A stretch of 64,000 nt of DNA from a virus. Location of the stretch: the IMG/VR virus record IMGVR_UViG_3300021960_000018. One strand, 5' to 3'. Positions 58,166 through 64,000 of this stretch are shown here, piece after piece. A program made the translations under genes and the position numbers. Within the stretch, counting starts at the first letter, position 1, and each line of letters starts with the position of its first letter. The notes beneath the pieces were generated by a model. It did not search any database. It had not been told where the DNA came from and was given only the letters and a program-made list of their open reading frames with translations.

Positions 58166-58520
58166 CTTTCTTATAGTCGTTTATATCAATTACATTATCA
58201 TTTTGTTGTCTACTACTTAATAACATTTTTTGAAGTTCTGCCGTAGAACCCACAAATAAATTATTTGTAGTTTGTGGTAATGCAGGAATATCTTTTTTCT
58301 GCATATCCTTTTTCTTTTTATGTACGTCCATAAGTCTATCGTTCACATCACTGATGTGTTTAATTAGTCCACCTAAAACTTCAAAAGATCTTGGGTGCTG
58401 GGTTTGATCTGCTACGTCTAGCATACCTTGCAATGCTTCTTGACCCGTAGCGATTAGATCTAAGTAAACTTTGCGGGAATATTCAAAATCATCTTGTACT
58501 TGTTTATCAGAATCTTCCAT
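58158..58520 (-). CDS. 16: Terminase small subunit (gp16)
   Basis: HPRSFEV, NNLFVGSTAEL. Confidence 0.92.
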   Translation of the reverse strand: MEDSDKQVQDDFEYSRKVYLDLIATGQEALQGMLDVADQTQHPRSFEVLGGLIKHISDVNDRLMDVHKKKKDMQKKDIPALPQTTNNLFVGSTAELQKMLLSSRQQNDNVIDINDYKKDE

Positions 58521-58528
58521 ATCATTTC

Positions 58529-59290
58529 CTATGGCACATCATTAATTGTAGTTATAGTAAATCCATAATCCGAATCTGGATCAACATCTGATGGATTCGG
58601 TACTATAGTATACTTACTTACTCTACCATCAGAATCGCCCATTAAATAAAAATTAGTTTGGATTTCGCGAATAATTTTACTATCACCGATAGGACCATAA
58701 AACATAGTTTTCATCTCAAAATCTAATGTATATGTTATAGTTCTACGGCTTTCTACAGCACCTTCGAAGTCATCAGAGAAGGTAGATCCTACAATAGTAA
58801 TTGGAACATCTTCTTTAATATTAGGATAACTTGCAAAAGGTTTAAGCGATAGAGAATATTGAGGACTAAAATATGGAATGATTTGTTCCACAATTTGTAA
58901 AGCATCATCTTGCGTATCAGCATAAATGTTTAAGCTAAAAAATACGTTATAAGGAACGCCAGCATAAAATACTTTTTTATTCGTATCTGTATCATATGCA
59001 GAAAACTTATTGGTCTTTGCAACCATACGAGTCGAATCATATTGAAGAGATGTAATCTCAAATGACATTCTGGGAAGTTTAAGAGCAATTGATTGATCAG
59101 TGTCTAGATTTTGTTGAGCGCGAATTCTTTCTAGATATTTTTCTCTTGGTGCATATGCAAGAGGAACTTTTACTTGACTGATTACATTACCAGAAGAATT
59201 CTGACGGATCACGTATAGATTATTAAATAGCGACCCAAAGGCTGCTACTGATTTACGTAAACGCTGATGATAAAAGTGTGTCCCGAACAT
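58529..59290 (-). CDS. 15: Tail sheath stabilizer (gp15)
   Basis: FYH, FGSLFN, LPRMSFE, QIVEQIIPYF. Confidence 0.94.
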   Translation of the reverse strand: MFGTHFYHQRLRKSVAAFGSLFNNLYVIRQNSSGNVISQVKVPLAYAPREKYLERIRAQQNLDTDQSIALKLPRMSFEITSLQYDSTRMVAKTNKFSAYDTDTNKKVFYAGVPYNVFFSLNIYADTQDDALQIVEQIIPYFSPQYSLSLKPFASYPNIKEDVPITIVGSTFSDDFEGAVESRRTITYTLDFEMKTMFYGPIGDSKIIREIQTNFYLMGDSDGRVSKYTIVPNPSDVDPDSDYGFTITTINDVP

Positions 59291-60183
59291 TATTGTGGAT
59301 CTCCAAATGGATTGCTTTCTGAGAAGTCTAGGAAGCCAACCAATGTATCAAAGTACTCGTTTTGCTCGGTGACTGTTGATGAAGCTTTAATCAATCCTTC
59401 TTCCTCTACTAGTGTAACAGTACCAGTCGCCGAAGAACTGACGCCTGTAATAGTACGACCAGTAGCAAATTCAGAATATCCACCGCTATCTGCTCCAACG
59501 TGAATAAGTCCAAGTTTATTATCAGAATCACTCCATCTTGAAACCTCTCCCGACATTGTAATACCGGAAGAAAGAACCATATTAGCAATTTCGCCTAGTT
59601 CAAATGTACCAACCTGACCGCTGTCATTTAATGTAAGCATGTACGTGTACGCGTACTCGCGCTCGATTGCATCAATAGCTTCAACGCCAGTATCAAAGTC
59701 TTGATCATTGTATTGGAAGAGTTCACAACGTAATTGATAAGTTGGAAGATTTCTTAATTGGTAAAATGGCTGTTCATGCTCGACGTGCATGATCTGGAAG
59801 ATCTTTCTCGAGAAAGGAATATAAAGTAAATCTCCTTCAGCTGGGCGAGGAGCATTAATATCATTATCATAACGTTGAATAGTTTGTTGCCAACGTTTTC
59901 TAGCAACAATAAACGTAGCAGCATCCCGGATTTCAATACCGAATCGAGTGAATAGATCACCTTCTCCGTCGAATCCAGCAACGTTATCTACATACATTTC
60001 AATCTTATAAGAAGAATTAAATCTAGAAGGAACGTCGTGTCCTAGGATCTTATCTTCATTTACAATATCGCGAGGAAGATAGTAGACGTCTTGTCCATAC
60101 ATTTTTAGACTCTCTATGACTATATCTTCATAGAGATTCTGTTCGGATCTAACATCGTATTTAAAGTATGGATTAGTTGCCAT
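59290..60183 (-). CDS. 14: Neck protein (gp14)
   Basis: EQNLYED, YYLPR, P.EGDL, PFYQL, FSESNPFG. Confidence 0.93.
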   Translation of the reverse strand: MATNPYFKYDVRSEQNLYEDIVIESLKMYGQDVYYLPRDIVNEDKILGHDVPSRFNSSYKIEMYVDNVAGFDGEGDLFTRFGIEIRDAATFIVARKRWQQTIQRYDNDINAPRPAEGDLLYIPFSRKIFQIMHVEHEQPFYQLRNLPTYQLRCELFQYNDQDFDTGVEAIDAIEREYAYTYMLTLNDSGQVGTFELGEIANMVLSSGITMSGEVSRWSDSDNKLGLIHVGADSGGYSEFATGRTITGVSSSATGTVTLVEEEGLIKASSTVTEQNEYFDTLVGFLDFSESNPFGDPQ

Positions 60184-60188
60184 TCGTT

Positions 60189-60932
60189 TTATCCCACGAA
60201 AAAGTCTATGGGTAATTCAAATGTAAGTCTAAGCTCTTCTTCTAGCTTTTCAATTTCTTGAATGGCATCTTCGAAAATAATTCGACCATTTAAAGTAACA
60301 CCACCTGGAAGTTGAACCCCGTCGAATTTCATAAGGTTCGTTCCCCACTGTCTTTTAATTAAAGCAGTAGTATACTTCTTAAGCCACATATCATCCCAAA
60401 TACCAGTATCTGTAATGATTGTATAAGCTTCTACTACGATCCAGCTTCCTACGGCCAAATCAGTACCAAGGTCATCGCCAAAGATATAAATCTTATTCTG
60501 TCTTCTAGCAAATTCAATTAGCGGCATACCATTAAGGGTAGTATCCAATAATGAAAGATACTGCTGCATTTGTTCGTAATATGCAAGATCACCGGCATAA
60601 GTGGACATAAAGGCCATATCATTTAACATCATCTGATATTTGATGTCAAACATACCTCTACCAGATGCGAAAGATTCTGATACAGAAAAGATCTGTTTTA
60701 CCGCAGTAATATTAGATGAGACCGAAATATAACCATTATCGATATCATCCTGAGTTACCTGATGTTTCAGAAAATATCTTCGAGTTGCATCCATATGGAA
60801 CTCACGATATTTATCAAGAGCTTCATCGATGCGATCTTCGATCTGATCGGGGTCTACGTTAATATCAATGACAGGATCGCCAAGTTTCCTTAGTGCGTAG
60901 TCTGATAATTGACCTCTGGTTGTAACTGCCAT
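60189..60932 (-). CDS. 13: Neck protein (gp13)
   Basis: LRKLG.PVI.INV, QWG.NL.KF.GVQLPGG; late promoter at 60960-60967. Confidence 0.94.
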   Translation of the reverse strand: MAVTTRGQLSDYALRKLGDPVIDINVDPDQIEDRIDEALDKYREFHMDATRRYFLKHQVTQDDIDNGYISVSSNITAVKQIFSVSESFASGRGMFDIKYQMMLNDMAFMSTYAGDLAYYEQMQQYLSLLDTTLNGMPLIEFARRQNKIYIFGDDLGTDLAVGSWIVVEAYTIITDTGIWDDMWLKKYTTALIKRQWGTNLMKFDGVQLPGGVTLNGRIIFEDAIQEIEKLEEELRLTFELPIDFFVG

Positions 60933-60976
60933 AGTAGAAATCCTATTACGTTTTAGTACTATTTATATAATTTTTA

Positions 60977-61522
60977 TTATCTAAAACAGGGGCCTTCTAT
61001 CCATGCGACAAGAGATTTTCTTACTCCTTTTGTTACTGGAGTAACCCTATGACGAATAAATGAAGGAAATACTAGAACAGTTCCTTTCATTTTAAGATGT
61101 TCAGGATCCGGTTGTTCATACTGAGGATCAAGTTCAAAGCATCCGCCTTCGTATTCGCTAGGATCTGACAATTGAACTGTTACTGAAAGCTTTCTGTCAT
61201 AATTAGAATTGCTATCCCAAAAAGTATCAATGTGCCAATCATAATGACCTTGTTTTTCTTCGGTATATGTTGTAAATTGAATATCGGCTAGATAAGAAAT
61301 ATCAAATCCAAAGGCGGCTCTATTCGCTTGGTGTGCATATTCTAAAAGTCTATTTTTAATCCCCTGATCGCCTACCCACCGAATATCACTTCTTCTATAA
61401 TCCGCTTTAACTCCTTTTTCAGAAATACCAGCTTCGACCAATGGATATTGTTCACAGATACCTACAATTTCATCGACAATAGCGGCATCGCCGCCTGGCC
61501 ACATTCTCCAAATTTGATTCAT
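60977..61522 (-). CDS. 2OG-Fe(II) oxygenase (P4H/PKHD-like)
   Basis: YDWHID, RKLS, YEGG, FPS...HRVTPVTKG.R.S. Confidence 0.92.
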   Translation of the reverse strand: MNQIWRMWPGGDAAIVDEIVGICEQYPLVEAGISEKGVKADYRRSDIRWVGDQGIKNRLLEYAHQANRAAFGFDISYLADIQFTTYTEEKQGHYDWHIDTFWDSNSNYDRKLSVTVQLSDPSEYEGGCFELDPQYEQPDPEHLKMKGTVLVFPSFIRHRVTPVTKGVRKSLVAWIEGPCFR

Positions 61523-61914
61523 GATTTATCTTTCTGCCTTTGCAATTTTGCTTGTCTAGTTTTAACTGGATTACGTTTAATCCAATTAGCATTATCTTCT
61601 AGTTCCGGGTTATGAATACCATCACCAGTAGCTCTTCTATGTTGCGGCTCAGTTAATTCGGACTTACCACCTGCGGGGGTAGGATCTGGGGTTTCAAGAT
61701 CCGGTGTATTCGGGGTAGGTTGATTCATAGCAATCCATTCTTCTTCAGTATAGGGGTTAACCTGTTCAGAATAATGGAATCCATAATACATTCTTTCATA
61801 CGCACTATCAGCCATAAGGTGCCGATGTTCATCGACCACCCTTTTTCTTTTTTCTTCATCTATATCTTTAAGTATGTCAGAAAATATTCTAACAGCTTCC
61901 AGCGTGACTTCCAT
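61519..61914 (-). CDS. Hypothetical protein
   Basis: ORF in a coupled run. Confidence 0.6.
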   Translation of the reverse strand: MEVTLEAVRIFSDILKDIDEEKRKRVVDEHRHLMADSAYERMYYGFHYSEQVNPYTEEEWIAMNQPTPNTPDLETPDPTPAGGKSELTEPQHRRATGDGIHNPELEDNANWIKRNPVKTRQAKLQRQKDKS

Positions 61915-61915
61915 T

Positions 61916-62386
61916 TTAGATTCCTAGCAGTTTATCCAAATCTTTTACTGCATCGACAAATTCCCCACCAGTACCTTCAAGAAATTCTTTATATTTTAAA
62001 GCTTCTTCGTTCAATAATCCCTGTTGATTTACATGAGGATGTGGGGGATCGTTACAAATAGTTTGGTTAGGATTACGACCATCTGTCATCATCCCCTGAG
62101 ATTGCCAATTTTGCATTTGCTGATGTGCATCTGCTGGATTATTAATAGTTAAAAAATCTACACCAGCTTTCGGAACTTGTGCAACTGGTCCAAAATGTCT
62201 CATCAAATCAACCGCAGATTCAATATGTTTAAGAATCATAAAGCCGGCGATAGCTGCTTTGTTATTCTGGTGTCTACTCAATTCTCCAAATTTTTGAATA
62301 GTATCACTAATTAGTTCTACTACTTCAAGCGGAAGAACTTGATTTTCAAAATCTTCATCTTCCAAATTTTCATTTTCTTCAGCCAT
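61916..62386 (-). CDS. Hypothetical protein
   Basis: ORF in a coupled run. Confidence 0.6.
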   Translation of the reverse strand: MAEENENLEDEDFENQVLPLEVVELISDTIQKFGELSRHQNNKAAIAGFMILKHIESAVDLMRHFGPVAQVPKAGVDFLTINNPADAHQQMQNWQSQGMMTDGRNPNQTICNDPPHPHVNQQGLLNEEALKYKEFLEGTGGEFVDAVKDLDKLLGI

Positions 62387-63275
62387 TCAAGACTTCCCCT
62401 TCTTTAATAAAATGGTCAAATGGTAACATATTTTCATCATTTCCCAATGTAGCAAAAGTTTCAGCAGCGTAATAAGTTTTTCTAGAATGATTACCCGTAC
62501 AACCATCACAAGTATCACAGAAAAATGAACATATAGGATGTTCTAATTTACCGGTATTCCACAGTTCTCTTAATTTATCTGCTTGTGCCTTTACTACTTC
62601 TTTTTGTTCTTCATCTAAATATTCTACGATTGATGTAATAACCCTTTTTGGATTAAACGCCTTTTGAATACGTAAAATATCTGGAGCAAAATAATGATAA
62701 TTATGCTGCTGAATAGTATAACGAATTCTAAAGTTAATAGGTAAACCTGCTAATAATTTACAAGCTTCAATCACATCAGTAGAAGATTCTTTTCCACTTC
62801 TATATATTCTATCTTTATTACCTACGCCGTCGTATGAAATATCCCAAGAGGATCTTTGATTAATCTCTGGATGGGCGGCAATATAATTTTTAAATTCCTC
62901 GAAAAATTTAGGTTTGGTCCAACGAATTCCATTTGACACTACATTAAAATGAACATTAGATTTCTTTCTAGTAGCATATTCCATAGACCAGCATAAATTT
63001 TCCCATTCAAGAGTTACTTCACCACCAAACATAACAAATAAAGTTTGGGATTCCATTGGTTCATTATCAATAGCTTTATCAATAGCAGCCTTTAGTTTGG
63101 CCCGGGTCATAATCTGTTTAGGCTGACCTTCTAATACCTCATAACAATATGTGCATGCAAGATTACATTGATTCGTAAAATATAAAACGTTTACTGCAGT
63201 ATCAGGAACTTCTTTATCATTTTTATGTTTATTATCGTAATAAATTTCATCCTGAATTTTCGGGGCGTTTGACAC
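62379..63275 (-). CDS. Radical SAM protein
   Basis: CNLACTYC; FGGE; SNG; ISYDG; C-terminal CxxxCxxCxxC. Confidence 0.92.
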   Translation of the reverse strand: MSNAPKIQDEIYYDNKHKNDKEVPDTAVNVLYFTNQCNLACTYCYEVLEGQPKQIMTRAKLKAAIDKAIDNEPMESQTLFVMFGGEVTLEWENLCWSMEYATRKKSNVHFNVVSNGIRWTKPKFFEEFKNYIAAHPEINQRSSWDISYDGVGNKDRIYRSGKESSTDVIEACKLLAGLPINFRIRYTIQQHNYHYFAPDILRIQKAFNPKRVITSIVEYLDEEQKEVVKAQADKLRELWNTGKLEHPICSFFCDTCDGCTGNHSRKTYYAAETFATLGNDENMLPFDHFIKEGEVLNG

Positions 63276-63552
63276 CTTTTAAAGCCTCCGACATATTTGT
63301 TACAAATTCAGTGAAATCAATTTGATAATCATATAGATGGTTTTGAATTACTTCTTCATCTTTAATATACGTAATATCGACTCGAGCTAATTTTTTGGAT
63401 GCCACTCGATTTTGTAAATCTTGAGCCAGTTTTTCAGCAGACATAATCTTACTAGCATCATCCTCTGATATGCTATTTATCAGCTGCTTTGTACTCTGTA
63501 CAAGATCGATAACTTCTTTCTTAAGAATTGGTACAGGTAGATCAGGTCTCAT
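63247..63552 (-). CDS. Hypothetical protein
   Basis: Lies between two radical SAM genes, overlapping both. Confidence 0.6.
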   Translation of the reverse strand: MRPDLPVPILKKEVIDLVQSTKQLINSISEDDASKIMSAEKLAQDLQNRVASKKLARVDITYIKDEEVIQNHLYDYQIDFTEFVTNMSEALKGVKRPENSG

Positions 63553-64000
63553 CCCATGCTCCTCATTAGATTTCTAACATAACCCTGGAATGCAGGTTCA
63601 TATTTACATTCTCTTAATAATCTCATTGCTTGTTCATTAATCATATGAAATAACTCGCATACAGAATCGACTGGCGCATTGTTATTATTAATCTGTGAAT
63701 AGGTACAACCCATATTACAAACTTGACGAAGGCGACATGTATCGCACTTTTTATGGTTTAAGTTTGATAATGCATTTTGCCAATATTCATAATCGTACGT
63801 AGCACCATCCATTGGCATAAGCTTTTTAGATGCGAAGCGAGCACATGGATAAAATTTTCCCTCTGGTACTAGAACCGCACCGGAATAACCTGCAAAGCAA
63901 CCGAATGGTCTTTTACCTTTTGCAAGACCGATAGTCATATCCTGTAATGCAAGAGATAAGAATCCAACCGAAACGTTTCTTCCATCTTTAAAATATTGGA
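63549..64000 (-). CDS. Radical SAM/SPASM protein, C-terminal part (5' end outside window)
   Basis: C.AG....PEG..YPC and CDTC....VC.MGC SPASM motifs; frame stays open to 64000. Confidence 0.88.
   Translation of the reverse strand, partial: QYFKDGRNVSVGFLSLALQDMTIGLAKGKRPFGCFAGYSGAVLVPEGKFYPCARFASKKLMPMDGATYDYEYWQNALSNLNHKKCDTCRLRQVCNMGCTYSQINNNNAPVDSVCELFHMINEQAMRLLRECKYEPAFQGYVRNLMRSMG

Overview
A 64-kb segment of a large, AT-rich T4-like myophage, with almost all genes on the minus strand. Reading right to left it holds: a radical-SAM/2OG-oxygenase block; the T4 structural run (gp13-20, core protein, gp21-23); a GH19 endolysin; gp3, uvsY and uvsW; gp55, 47, 46, 45, 44, 62, regA, hsp20 and gp43; a MazG-like pyrophosphatase and an AEP-type primase; kdsA/kdsB and iscA; a coupled sugar-nucleotide/nucleotide-modification operon; uvsX, gp41, thyX, an SleB hydrolase and a dNMP kinase; a permuted two-piece tmRNA; a late operon of exported proteins running into about 15 tailoring enzymes; and small early genes. 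The tmRNA architecture and tag (ANDNFAPLALAA), a ROSE-like element and DUF1127 point to an alphaproteobacterial host (inference). The strongest candidates for undescribed biology are: (1) an usher-less pilin/chaperone-like envelope module translationally coupled to a desaturase/oxygenase/methyltransferase cassette; (2) a thymidylate-synthase homolog with a cytosine-type active site, coupled to an AsnB-like amidotransferase in a genome that already has ThyX; (3) about a dozen CG-rich alternating purine-pyrimidine patches written into coding sequence with synonymous codons. All calls come from motif recognition by eye; no database searches or folding programs were run.
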